Source: Stegostoma tigrinum
Lineage: Eukaryota
DNA length: 64,000 nt
Direction of reading: 5' to 3'
Assembly: GCF_030684315.1 (NCBI RefSeq)
Contig: NC_081396.1
Coordinates: 3,720,001-3,784,000 of the forward strand
In this document: one piece after another, positions 38,971 through 51,219 of the stretch
How positions within the stretch are numbered: position 1 is the first letter of the stretch
Layout: every line of letters begins with the position of its first letter
Position numbers and translations under genes: made by a program
Notes under the pieces: model-generated
The model's input: only the letters and a program-made list of their open reading frames with translations
The model's database searches: none
What the model was told of the DNA's origin: nothing

Positions 38971-40478
38971 TGATAAAAAGATAGGTTGGTGGGGAAAAAA
39001 TAGAGAAAATCGTAAGCAGGAATTCTTTTCTAATTGGAAGGATGAGACAAACTGAATCGGTCTATGTTGGACTCTCATGTATTGGCAATTTAAATAAATG
39101 ACGTTGATGAGAGGTGCGAAGGTACTGTCAACAATAACAAAATGTGCAGCAATGTAAGATATGAACATACCCAGAAGTCGAAAAATGAAGAACAACTGAA
39201 GAATGCAAAGTTTCAGAAGAATTTAACTGTTTCACGTGCACACATCATAAACAGTCAGTATTCAGTCACAGATCATTATCAGGAAGGCAAATGAGATGTG
39301 ACCCTTTGTGGCCAAATGAGTTGAATATAAAGGTAACAATGACGTGATATATTTCGACATGGCATTAATGATATTATGACACCATACCTAAGTGGAGCTT
39401 TCTTCTCAGTTTTCATGAAGGATGTAAGTATAATTGGTCACGGGAGATGTTGACTGAACAAAGTGGAGTGTCGTGTCTGAATAGCTTCGAGTGAAGCTGA
39501 TCACCAGTGAGTGATGACTTGATTTAAGTTTGCACTTTCCAGAATGATCTTGGCAAGGGTTGCACACATATTGCCTTCTTTACCAGTGCACAAATATGAA
39601 CGACTATTTTCAAATTGGCATCTGAAGCGATAGCTGAGAGACAAGGTCGTTGTTCACTTTTGAAACTTTGATTCAGAAGACTGTGGAAGCAGGAACATGA
39701 AATGCTTCAAGAAGTAAATAGATTCTTGATGAGATAGAGATTCATAGATTCGTACAATCATGAAGTATGGGAACAGACACTCTTTTCCAAACAGTTCGTG
39801 TCATAAATAATTCCAAACTGAAGTAAACCCATCTTCCTGCACCTGGATAATATAACTCCGAAACTTTCCTACTCATTTAAACTCATTCACCACTTCACCA
39901 GGAAGTTCATTCCACACGAGAACCACAATCTTTATAAAAAATAACCTCATGTCTTTTTTAAAATCTTTCTCTTCTCACATTTAAAATGTGGCCCATAGTC
40001 TCTAATTTCGCTTCCTTTGGGAGAAGCGAACTACCAATGATTCTACCTGTGCCTTTTGTTATTTTATGAACTTCGACCACGACACCTTTCAACCTCCTGC
40101 GCTTCAATGAAATAAAGGTCGCAGCCTATCCAGTCTTTCCTAGTAGCTCAAGCCTTCCATCCCCGGCAACCTCCTGGCTAATCTCTTCTGAACCCTCTCA
40201 AGGTCAAGAACATCCTCCTACAGCTGGCTGACCAGTACTGGAGAACCTATGCCAGAAGAGGTTTCATCGATCTCCTGTCCAACATCACAAACGCGCCAAA
40301 CCTTATGCTCAAAGGACGAAGCAATGAAGACAAGCTTGCAAAACACCATTTCAATCATTCTGTGTTCATATGAGGCTCACTTTCAAGAATTACGTGCCGA
40401 GTAGCGAGTTTTGAAAGATTTGTGGCTCAGTTTGAGTTTCTGGATGTGAGCTTGCTCGCTGAGCTGGAAGATTAGTTT

Positions 40479-40518
40479 TTAGACGTTTCATCACCATTCT
40501 TGGTAGCATCATTAGTGA
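40479..40518 (-). ncRNA. Minimal hammerhead ribozyme, mutated core (CUAAUGA)
   Basis: Reverse complement tca-CTAATGA-t-gctacc-aagaat-ggtgat-GAAAC-GTC-taa. Confidence 0.7.
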
Positions 40519-40839
40519 GGCTCTGATGAAGCGCTGGTGTTATGTCCCGCTTTCTATTTTTCTGATTAGGTTGCCTTGGGTTGGTGATGTCATTTCCTGC
40601 GTTGGTGATGTCATTTCCTGTTCTTTTTCTCAAACAGAGACACACACGAGAATTCCTGCAAGCATGGCATTCCAACCGGAACTCCATCAACAAACAAATT
40701 GATTTGGAGCCAATCTACCATCATCTGAGAAAATGAACAAGAAATGACATCACCAACGCAGGAAATGACATCACCAACCCAAGGAAACCTAAACAGACCA
40801 ACAGAAAGCGGGACAGAACACGAGCGCTTCATCGGAGGC

Positions 40840-40879
40840 TCACTGATGATGTTAACTAGAATAGTGACGACACGTCTGA
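40840..40879 (+). ncRNA. Minimal hammerhead ribozyme, mutated core (GACAC)
   Basis: tca-CTGATGA-t-gttaac-tagaat-agtgac-GACAC-GTC-tga; stem I is tca/tga. Confidence 0.7.
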
Positions 40880-41899
40880 AAACTAATCTTCCAGCTCAGC
40901 GAGCAGTCTCACATCCAATTACGTGCCTCGTCCCCAAGATTGCTCCCCTAGACTGCTTTGCCATTAATTGGTGTCTGCTCTATCCTTCTTATTTGGAACA
41001 AACTGCCATGCCTCACATTAATCCAAACTGAACTCGTGGTTCCATTTTCACCCAATTAACCATTTGATCAAGACCCCTTTGTAATATTAGAAAACCTTCT
41101 TCACTGTCTACAAAACGGACAAATATGATGTCGTCCACCAACTTAATAACTATACTTGTTATCTTTCTCAGTAAAAAAAATCACACAAATGACAACCAAA
41201 AGAGGACCCAGAAGCAATCGCTGTGGAAAACCGCTGGTCGCAGTCTCCGTTCAGAAATGCAACGTCTCCCATTTTTTCTATCTCTGTTTAACCGTTCCCT
41301 GATGGTATCGCGAACTCAATAGCTGTGAAACACGACTAGGGTACAAAGAAGAATAAAGAACCAGTTAATTGAATGTAGACATAAATGCAAGGGTTAGATA
41401 ATAGAAGAACAGTGAGATAAATTGCACTGATCAACTGTGATCCCTCATGCCAGTAACATGCTCGGTATGAGCCTTGTGTTGCACACTACTTTTGTTCCAA
41501 ATTTTAAATGTCTCTCTTGCAGTTGGTCTATTGTTTAAGGTACGGCAGGGGAGGTGCTGTGACGTGTTGGTCATTTCCATGCTTGTTAGTAATTGCTGTC
41601 CATGAATTTATCTGGTCAATCAATAATTGATTCTACTAATGATGACGGCCATATTGTGTAGAAATAGACAAATAACATTCAGTGACAGCTCGTACCATTA
41701 GTTGATGTAGAAAATAAAATGTCATTCACTCTTCAAAGTAGGCATTGTCGAGGTGGCACTGTCAGCGCTCATGCAAATTTAAACACTCGTATTAAGGATT
41801 TAACTCTTATCCACATTTTCAATTAATTATCGTCGACTGGCAATGACGGTATTCCATTTCACGGTGTCTCAAATACAGCACAGCACTGACTGGTCTCGC

Positions 41900-42321
41900 A
41901 GCTGCGCTGAGAAGATTGCGCATGGATCATTTCTGACGGGTAATTGGCAACCTAATTCGTTTCTTTCTTTAATTTAAAAAAGATATCTGCCTTGTTAAAA
42001 TGAACAAGTCTATTCTGTTAAAACATATTCCTCAGTTCTGAGGTTTGAAGATTCTGTCACTCCACTCCTGTCCTCAAAATAAAATCTAAGAGTAAAAACA
42101 ATTACTTCATATTTTATCCATTACAACACACGGAACGTCAATTGTTTATGTTGGTAACCGTGAGATTGCATTGACAAATATATCAGTGGTAATGAAGATA
42201 AACCAAATTGTGCAAAGGCCATTTCTTCTGCAGAGTTTGAAATCACAGCTAAAATCCTCACTTCATCGATGTCGTATTGGTAGCTCGCTGATACTACAGT
42301 TTGTTACTGCGCCATGAGAAG
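41900..42321 (+). pseudogene. T-cell receptor alpha/delta V pseudogene
   Basis: Decayed leader AW..FLT-G|gt (41939), 96-bp intron, exon from 42036: FEDSVTPLLSS...CLCW*...SSAEFEITAKILTSSMSYW*LADTTVCYCAMR. Confidence 0.85.
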
Positions 42322-42360
42322 AACAGTGATGGAAGTCAGTCAACCTTTAAAGCAGAAACT
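42322..42360 (+). promoter_or_regulatory. 23-bp-spacer recombination signal sequence (heptamer mutated)
   Basis: AACAGTG + 23 nt + GCAGAAACT immediately after the CAMR codons. Confidence 0.85.
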
Positions 42361-42749
42361 TGCATCGATCTGAATGCTTTAGAAACACTTGTTTGAACAA
42401 GATACAGCAGGTGTAAAATTGATGATGAAACGCAGCGTGCCTGGCCTGTCAAACATAATGGGATAGCCCCAGGAAGCAGCACATTGTATGAAGCTATCAA
42501 TGTAGTCAGGTAATTACGCAAATTTATCATTTCAACCTCTGAAAGGCATGGTTGACACGTGAATGAAAACGCCCAGATAATTTCAGAGCCACCACTGGGA
42601 TTGAGTTGGCCAATGGACATCTGCAATCATCACAATTTAATATTGAGGTCCATAATTGGACAGCCTGATGATCTCATGTTATGTTCTTTACTCCCGACCA
42701 AAACCATGGCCCTGACATGACACGAGGTGCATTCATCACAGCCAACCAA

Positions 42750-42757
42750 TTTGCATT
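42750..42757 (+). promoter_or_regulatory. Octamer ATTTGCAT overlapping a CCAAT box
   Basis: gccaaccaATTTGCATtcacaaa, 6 nt before the ERV 5' LTR. Confidence 0.45.
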
Positions 42758-42763
42758 CACAAA

Positions 42764-43028
42764 TGAGATGTCGTTGGGATAACAACGCATTGATTTCTAT
42801 ATTCTTGAGAAATCAATTGTTTTTATCTACTGACACAGGGATACACGGACATTGCCTTAAAACTTCCTTCTCGACTAGATTTAAGTGTGAAACTTTGTAA
42901 ATCCTTATTTTCCAACACATAATTAGAAAGACACTGCCTCGAGATTCCTGCCTGAATAGAATTAGGTATAAGCTTTGTTCGTCTTTATCTTTCCGCACTT
43001 CGGTATGTGGAAACTGTCTCAAGTAAGA
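42764..43028 (+). repeat. ERV 5' LTR, truncated (U3 start only)
   Basis: Matches 50376-50640; the rest of the LTR and the PBS are missing; splice donor cagGTAAGT near 43115. Confidence 0.9.
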
Positions 43029-43412
43029 CTAAGTTGGGCAGCGTTTCCTCAGGTAACTGGATTATCCGGGAGGTTAGAGTCCTTCAGTTGCCGGGGTTAG
43101 TGTGCCGAGGTCAGGTAAGTGGAAAGTCTGGGAGGTGAGATTCCCCCGGTGGATGGGGTCAGAGTCCTTAGGCCAGGAAGTAAAACTGCCTTCGTAAGTC
43201 TTGGGGTGTTCGATTCAGATTGGAAAAGTAGGATAAGTCTTCAGACGTAGGTTTCGGATAGTTACAGTACCTGTCTGTCTCAACCACCCTGCCTTAGATC
43301 GGTTGTTCAGAGGGGAAATGCCCGACGCGAATGTTGGGTACCCGAAGTGGGTGCGGAGACTAAGGAGACTGGTGTTGTATACAGAAATAAGTAAAAAGTA
43401 AAGGCACTAAAA

Positions 43413-45534
43413 ATGGGACAAATGTTAGATTAGTCGGGTGTCGGAACCCCTTTTCATCGGTTTTACCAGGATGACCTCGAAGAGGATATACAGTACCGAA
43501 GTCTGTTGGAATGCCAAAACAAAAAAAAAGGAAAATGAGAATCGCCATTAGGTGGAACGTGGGATATTGATCTATGTGCTAAAGTACTCGAGGCAATATC
43601 GACACGTAATGCGGGAAGTAAATGGAAACGGTTGATATCATCCCGGAAAAAAAAGAGAGCTGAAGAGCTGAATGAAACATCAAAAATGGCTAGTTGGGTG
43701 GAAAATGCACGGAGGAAAGGGATTAGTGCATGTGATAGTCAGGGAAAACCTAAACCTTGGGAGATTTTAACGCCGCAGTGTGAGGGTCATGAAATGAATG
43801 AACATGGAAGAGTGAAACAAGAAAGGCTGGAAAGGGAACGTTGGGTCAAAAAACGGGGATGAGAACTGCTGACAGAAGATAAAAAAATCGGAGGTAACTC
43901 CTGACATACCTGGCATGCCAATGTTTCTCAAAAAATAATGACACAGGTAAGCAAGATGAGGAGAACTGGGGAAGGCACCCCTTGTCCCATCGGGACTACG
44001 AACCCCTCCACAACTCGAACCATCCTTGATCAACCTACATCTGCAGGCGCCCCAATACTGCCATCAGTCTCAGGAATCGCCCGGAGCCCTATTACTGCTA
44101 TTGCACGCTGACCACAAGAAACCTCCTACTACAGAATTCCCAAGTACTTCAGAAATCAGTCCACGTGAACCTTCTGACAAACCCATGGCTTGGACAGGCT
44201 CTATTTCCTGTCATTGTACATATGAGCCTAAACAGACAATCAGGAAACAAAATACGGAACAGACCACAAGTGGACAAAAGGAGCGGGGTGCATCACTCTT
44301 TTAAAACCCACAGGGGATGCCTGAAAAAAATGTCAGCCCCGCATGCAGTTTCCTCAGCCCACGAGTTCCTGTCTTGTGTCACCTCGCGATGCTGCGAGTG
44401 GTGATAAGTATGTTAGTTCCGATTCAAGGGCTGATGATCATGAACCTGAGGACAGTGCTTGGGAGAGACCCTCGGACACCCCTCCCCGAAAGAAAGACCC
44501 CCATAAAAGAAATCCACAATCTCTGAATCGTACGATCCCTCACCTGAGCCCAACACAGGGGGATCAAAATACTATGCAGACCGACACTCCTTGGAAGCTG
44601 CAGGAGATGTGTTTAATTATGCTAAGAGCCACTAATAGAAAGACTAATCCTGACGACTTCACAGGCTATGTCCTGAGCAGTATTCATATGCACCAAGGCA
44701 CCCCGCAAGCCCTCTTTAGACTGCGCTGTATGGCTCTTACCCTCAGTGAATTTTCTCTGTGGAAAATCCCCCTGGGAGACCCAGCTCCCCAAGACTGGAA
44801 TGCTTTTATAGGTCTTGTAGCTAAAGGTCTTAAGCTACTAACCATTAAAGATCCCCTCAAGCGAGCATTGCAGCAACCAGTAGATATTCCCAGAGTGTCA
44901 GAGTGCAAATCCAAACGCGGGGAATGAGTTCTGGGAATGTTTCTTTTCCACATATGCCACCTACTCTGGTAATACTGCCTACTTTGCAGGGAATCCCTCA
45001 CCACAGTTCAATGCTCTTTTGCTGCAGTGTATATCTGAGGCTGTGGCGGTGGCTATTCGTACCAATAACATGGATTGGCCAGATAATAACCGTCCTCAAG
45101 TGGGAAGGGCCTTAACTTAATACCGGAAGGAATCCTTACTGACAAGAGTCACATATGACATGGTGTAGCATCACCTGTGCCAAGCCAGGTCCAGAAAACC
45201 AGCTCATCCAGCATTGGGCTTCCAATTAGTGAGGGCATTTCACACAGAATCCCAATACTAATTTCCTGGCTGCATCGACAATCATGGCAACGGTTTTGTC
45301 ACTCACCCACACGGTCCTAATGCTCTTCACTATGGAGCACCATATGCACCCGCTCCACCATTCCGGAGACCCAGTGCCGCTTTGCCGCGAGGCGCAACAC
45401 CACACTCTACTGACGGATGTTTTAACTGTGGCAGTTGGGATCAGTGGATGAGGACTTGTGCTCAGAATCAAGGTCAAGGGAGAACACAAGGAAGAAGGCA
45501 ACCCTTTTCCACGAATAATCCTTTTTCAGCCTGA
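43413..45534 (+). pseudogene. gag: ERV gag
   Basis: MGQ start, LGGTWDIDLC matrix motif, capsid remnants (ORF 44343..44927), single knuckle CFNCGSWDQWMRTC at 45418-45459, NPFSA-TGA end. Confidence 0.85.
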
Positions 45535-45537
45535 TGA

Positions 45538-48500
45538 TCTTCACCCCATAATCTGCACATTTTAAAGAGAGATCCGGAGGATCAACCTATTGTTAATCTA
45601 ACTGCACAAAGGGTAGCAAGTTCTTTTGTGATTGTTCCTGGGGCCAAGACCCATGCTATGTTGGATGCATCATGTGTACAGCAATATGGGTTTACACTCT
45701 CACCCGTCTCAGTAAGCCTTAATGGACAGACTGGACAGGCAAATGCATACTCTTTAACAGAACCATTGGCAGTTCAATTTGGCCCTGAAAACTGTATTAC
45801 TTATTTTGCCCAGACCATCACTTTGGGAGTTAATTTAGCTGGGACAGATTTGTTGTGCCTTCTTCAAACTGAAATTCTGTGTCTCAACAAGGGCGTTAGT
45901 GTCAAAAGTGACCCGATTATGCGACATTTTTGGGTCCATCGATCGCCACAATGATGGAGAATTGACCTCTCTCTAAGAGATATCACCCTTTTCCTCCAAA
46001 TCCCTCGTCCTCAAGTTGACTTGTGTTATGGCCCTACAGGGACTTCCTGTTAATTGGCTGGTATTTACCCCCTATCTCGGATCAAGTTTATCTGTCACTA
46101 TTGTCGGGTATATGGAGGGTAAGGAAGAATCAGCGTTTCTGGCGGAGTGCCACCCCATCTATGCCATGAATCGTTCCTGGTATTCCCTTACTTCACACTG
46201 GCTGTGAGCACCGGCTACAATGTCAAGTCCTTGGGATTTCTAGTGCACCTCTTGATCCCACAATCATACGTGGAAGTGAAGGGTTATTCAGCGCAGGTGG
46301 CTGATGGTCTCATTACATATTATAGTGATCATTTTCTTGTCTTTGGGCCATTACGTCGCCACCATGCTCATCATAGTGCCTCTAAGGAGTCTTCTCCAGA
46401 CCTGTGGTCTACTTCCACACCTGAGGTAGGATACACTCCGGTCACCATCGTAGGAGTGCGCTTACCCTCAATACCTCAGTACCCCGTCAAACCTGAGACA
46501 GCGGAAGGAATAACCTCCCTGATCAAGTCGTCCCTCCAACCAGGTATATTGTTCCCTTGTCAATTGCCTTGCAATACTCCTATTCTGCCCCTCCCTAAAC
46601 CCGGTCGCCAGGAATGGCGACTGGTCCAGGACCTCAGACAAATAAATAAGATAGTGCGACCCTGACATCCGATTGCCCCTAATCCTGCCACTATGCTTAG
46701 CAACATCCCCTCAGATGCGTGTGTCATCACCGTTTTGGACTTGCAACATGCATTTTTCATGATTCCCTTGCATCAGGGGTCTTAATATCGGTTTGTCTTT
46801 TACTTTAAAGGACAGCAGGAGACCTGGACTTGTCTCCCCCAAAAGTTCATTCACTCGCCTGCCCTAGTTTCCCAGGTCTGGCATCGCCAGCTCTAAGATC
46901 TCCGACTCTTGGATGGCTCCACTGTTATCCAATATGTTCACGATTTGCTCTCAGCAAGCCCATCATAATCCAATAATGTTTTGGATACAAACAGCCTTTT
47001 GAACGCTCTTCAAACTTGGGCATGTCTTATGACCACTGTGAAGGTTACGTGTAATCAACAGCAGGGGCCGTTCCCAGGAATTCTGCTCAGCGCCTGGGAA
47101 CAAACGCTCACCCCTCAGCGCATTGCTCTTATTCAGATGAACCACGCCCATAACCCCAAAACAAGTAAGGGCCTTTTTCGGCTTGGTAAATTATTGTTGA
47201 CAGTGGTTCCCTACTGTCCCTTTGCTTTAAAATAAAACTACCGACCCCTTTAGCTTCTTGTAAAAACCCAAAAAACCTTCACTCTCTCTGACAAACAACA
47301 GTCAGCCTTTGCAGACTTAAAAGCAGACCTTGCGGCTGCCCCGGCTTTGAGAAGACCTTTACATGACAGACCTTTCCGGCTATATGTTAATGTTGTGTAT
47401 GGGTGCACCACTGGGCTCTTGACACAGACTCGGGGCATGGGCAAACAACCGGCCAACGACGATTGTACCTGCCTGGACTCTGTCGCACATGGGCGTACAC
47501 CTTTGTTCCAAGATTCTTCTTGCAATTTATTCTTCAGCCACTGCAGCCTCTAAAGTTACTCTCCACCAGCCACTTACTGCCGAAAACTCACATGCCATTG
47601 ACGTCATCCTCTCCTCCCACCAGACTCAACATCTTACCCAGGCACATTTTAGCTGCTACGAAGTCGCACTCCTTAACAATCCGCTCGTAACATTCTCTTT
47701 CTGCTTCACAAATAACCCAGCCACGTTTTTGAGCACCAAACTCCGATGAGTATTTAGCACACCTGCATGACTGCTTACGAAGGAACCAATTTCTAACATT
47801 TCTGCGCCTGTACCTGATTGATGTCACGGATCCTTCTCCGGATGTTATCCTGTTTGTTGATGGCAGTTCCTCCAAGTTCCCCTTGGGTAACACTCTGAAT
47901 ATCTCATTGTCGATGTTGCCTCAGATTAGAATCAATGGTGTTTGAGCCCCCAGTGTCCGCTCAGAAAGCAGAACGTTTTGTCCTTACTCTGCTTGCATCC
48001 TAGCAACAGGGAAGTCAGCGAATATTTACACAAACTCTCCGTATGCCTTCAGAGTCACCCACAACTTTGGCCAGTTATGGTGTCAGGATGGGTTTTTAAC
48101 ATCTTCAGGTTCACCCTTCCAACATTCCTCGTTTGTTAAAAACCCTCTCCAGACAATCCTCTTCCCTAACCAAGTGGTTTTTATCAAATGCGTTGCCCAT
48201 GCCTCCGACGAATCCGGAGTTACTCAGGGCAACAGTCGGGGTGATCAGGCGGCCAAACAGGCAACTGCAGATCAAACTTTTATTGTGCCATGTACGAACA
48301 AGCAGGTGGGAAATCCAATGCCTCATTCGGACTAGATGGGCATACCAGAAATAGTCACTGTTCAGCACCTACAGGGCGATGTCCCTGCTTCTGAAAAGGA
48401 CATTCGGACGGTGCATGGATGTTCGTATTCTGCATCGTCAGGCCTTTGGATTACCCTCGTCGGCCAAATGTGTATACCTGTTGCTTTGTTACCAATGCTT

Positions 48501-49505
48501 GTTGACTGTCTGCATTCTGACACCTACTTTGGCAAAGAGGCAATGAGTGGTATTATGCTCCGTACCTTGTGGCACACCCGACTGGCTGAGGCACCCGCCC
48601 CCTGGCCCAGTCTCAAAGACCATCATTTCTCACATGCAAGCAAAACAATTTTGGTCTGGGGGAGACGTGCTCACCAGGAAAAAAAATCAAGTGGACCGTT
48701 TGAATGCATTTAACTGGATTTGATTGAATTACCTCGTGTAATTAGTTGTCAGTATTGTCTTGTCATTGCACATTCATTCAGTAGGTGGAGAGAAGCTTTC
48801 ACACTGACACAAAACAAAGCCTCAACAGTAGTGAAGTTATTATTAATTGAAATAATGCCAAGGTTAGGAGTGACTCGACAATTTAGTTCTGTCAATGGCA
48901 TCACTTTGTAGGAAAGATTAATAAGGAACTGTGTGATACGTTATGCATCCAGCAGCAATTGCAACGTTCATACCAACCCTCAGTGTCAGGGATAGTGGAA
49001 AAAGAGAATGGAACGCTCAAAGCGAAATTGACCAAGTTGATATCAGAGACTGGCCTTAGCTAGTTAAAGGTTTTGCCGCCAGCTTTGTACCACACGCGAA
49101 GAACACCCTATTCTAAGACTGGACTCACAGCAACAGAAATCGCCTATGGCTGACCCAGCAAAACACCCTGGGATGCCAATACCAGCCCACCCACCCAAAT
49201 TGACTTGAATGTTGTGGGAGAGGAAATGCAAAGTTATTTTCTGCAGCCAACATCGTCTCCAAAGTTTCTCCATTCACTGGTGAAGCTGGTGAAGTGTACC
49301 ATTGGAACACCGTTGCAGGCACTAGACCAAGACCTGAAGACTAGAATCGCTCTTCATGATGACAGATTGGAGATTTCGTACTTGTCCGAGATTGGGATCA
49401 CCCAAATCTTGGGTGGAGGTGGAACGGGCCATTCTTAAAACTCCAACAGCTCTATAAGTTAAAAGACAGAATCACTGGATCCACCTCAGTAACTGCAAAC
49501 GACAG
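45538..49505 (+). pseudogene. pol: ERV pro-pol (PR, 2H-like insert, RT, RNase H, integrase)
   Basis: IVPGA (decayed DTGA); QYP, CNTPILP, WRLVQDLR, LDLQHAFF, QYVHDLL (YVHD at 46933-44); LFVDGSS; FSRWREAF, EIMPRLG; WIHLSNCK. Confidence 0.95.
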
Positions 49506-49533
49506 ATTCCCTCTTCCCCTTGCAATTCACCAT

Positions 49534-50340
49534 TTGAATGAGGATTATTCTGACAGTGCATGTCCAGCAAACAATCTGTTGCACAGAACACACGTCCAAC
49601 TGCACGGGAATCAGACAACATGTTACCTGCTACCAGGCAAGAAGGGATTCGTTTTCCTTCTTAATGAGACCTTCACGATTGCCACTAAAATTTTGCTGGT
49701 GCTGTTTGCTGTTGGGGCCATTGGTCGCCTCATGGTCTCTTGTCCCCAATGAGCGTGGATTCAATGGCGAATTGCCACACGCTTCCTGAGCCTGTAGTTT
49801 TGCGATGCATGGCAGGATCCAATTGCCTTGGGCTCTTCCTTGTGTTATGGCTTCCTTGGAACTGTTAGCTTGGGAGGATCCCCGCGGTGGAGTCCGTAAG
49901 TAAACCGAAATTACCTGAGATGTAGACTCACCACCCTGGGAAACAGCACAATGAAAGCATTGGAGGCAGTCAACCGAGAATTTGCCAAACTTCATCTCTG
50001 TGCTCATTCAACCCGGTATGCAATGGACCATCAACTGGCTCAGCAAGGTGGAGAATGTATTATCATGGAGGACAAGTACATGACCAAGTTACAGATGAGT
50101 CCTATAGTATTACCCAGGATATGCAAGCCATACAATGGCACTTGGAACAGTAGAGAGAGGGGCCCTGACCGGGGCAGGGTGGCTCTTTAGCATGGTTTAT
50201 GGGCGGGTCTTGGGTCTCATACCTGCTACATGAGCTAGTTATTCTACAAGTTGTCATAGCGTTTGCTGTGTGTTTATTGTGTGCCTGAAATCTTGATTCA
50301 GGCATGCGTTTGCCAGATCAGCAGCTCCCTTCTTGTCCCT
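49534..50340 (+). pseudogene. env: ERV env, internally deleted
   Basis: TRYAMDHQLAQQGGECII resembles the immunosuppressive domain; hydrophobic anchor LVILQVVIAFAVCLL. Confidence 0.8.
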
Positions 50341-50375
50341 GACATATGTTAACATGAAATAATAAACGGAGGGAA

Positions 50376-51167
50376 TGAGATGTTGTTGGGACAACATCCC
50401 ATTGATTTCCACATTCTAGAGAAGTAAATGCTCTTTACCTGCTTACCCAGAAGTATGTGGACAATGCCTTCAAACTTCCTGCCCGACTAGAATTAGGTGT
50501 AAAACTTTGTAAATTCCAATCTTCCTACACATAGGTGGAAAGACACTACCTTAAGCTTCCTGCCTCAATAGAATTATGTACTAACTTTGCCAGACTTTAT
50601 CTTCCTGCGCAGGGGTATGTGGAAACTGTCTCAAATAAGTTGAGGTGTGTAGTGTTTGTAAACGCGTGAGACTTCTGAAATCCTGTAAAGAATGTAACTT
50701 CTGTTTCTGCTAAATGGGCCAGGGCACTGAATATTTTTTTTTTCAAGCCAGACACTTTGGCGTCTTGAAGTTACATTCTTTCACTTCAGCTACTTGAAAT
50801 CGTCTCCTGCTCCTAGCAGTCACTTCACGAATGATCGATACTGCATCCTGCTGTCTGCATGTTTTTCATGTTGTAATTGTTTGTGTATCATGTCATTGCC
50901 CGATGTAGAGATTGTTTCATGCAACATGCCATTGTGAGATGTAAAATTGCTTTGTCTGGTATGCACTCGATAAGGTATAAAAATTGGGGACTGCCCACTG
51001 CTCGGAGACAATCGCTTCTGAGACTCTGCACTCTGTGCTAGGTTGAGTACAGTGATCCTCCACAGATTGTACTTGCTTCCTAATACTGGGTTTGTGTTTT
51101 TTTCTGAACAGGTCAGTGTCTTGTTATTGCATCAAGTACGTCAAGGTCTCCAAAAACAAACATATCA
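50376..51167 (+). repeat. ERV 3' LTR (about 790 bp)
   Basis: tgagatgtt...aacatatca terminal inverted repeat; TATAAAAA at 50976. Confidence 0.9.
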
Positions 51168-51219
51168 ATAAATGGTCCCTATTATCAGTTTTTCTTGCTC
51201 CCCAGCTCACCATTACGCA

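Larger units (their letters stand above)
40399..40916 (+). mobile_element. Penelope element remnant with inverted pseudo-LTRs and 11-bp TSD
   Basis: Arms about 40441-40631 and 40726-40916; middle encodes REFLQAWHSNRNSINKQIDLEPIY (GIY-YIG end); TSD AATTACGTGCC at 40388-40398 and 40917-40927. Confidence 0.95.
39740..41260 (-). mobile_element. CR1 LINE 3' part, interrupted by a Penelope element
   Basis: Tail atagagattcatagatt; ggaagttcattccacac; resumes after the TSD at 40927. Confidence 0.8.
42764..51167 (+). mobile_element. Endogenous retrovirus, class I (gamma/epsilon-like), defective
   Basis: LTR-gag-pro-pol-env-PPT-LTR order, TG...CA ends, TSD ACAAA/ATAAA (one mismatch), polypurine tract aaacggagggaa at 50364-50375. 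Confidence 0.95.

Noticed and set aside
38416-39195. Longest ORF (259 aa, minus)
   Set aside because: It runs antisense through a Penelope pseudo-LTR and low-complexity DNA; no domain is recognisable
41771-41778. ATGCAAAT octamer upstream of the plus-strand TCR V
   Set aside because: An 8-mer expected by chance in AT-rich DNA (others occur, e.g. near 8982 and 33422), and not typical of TCR V promoters
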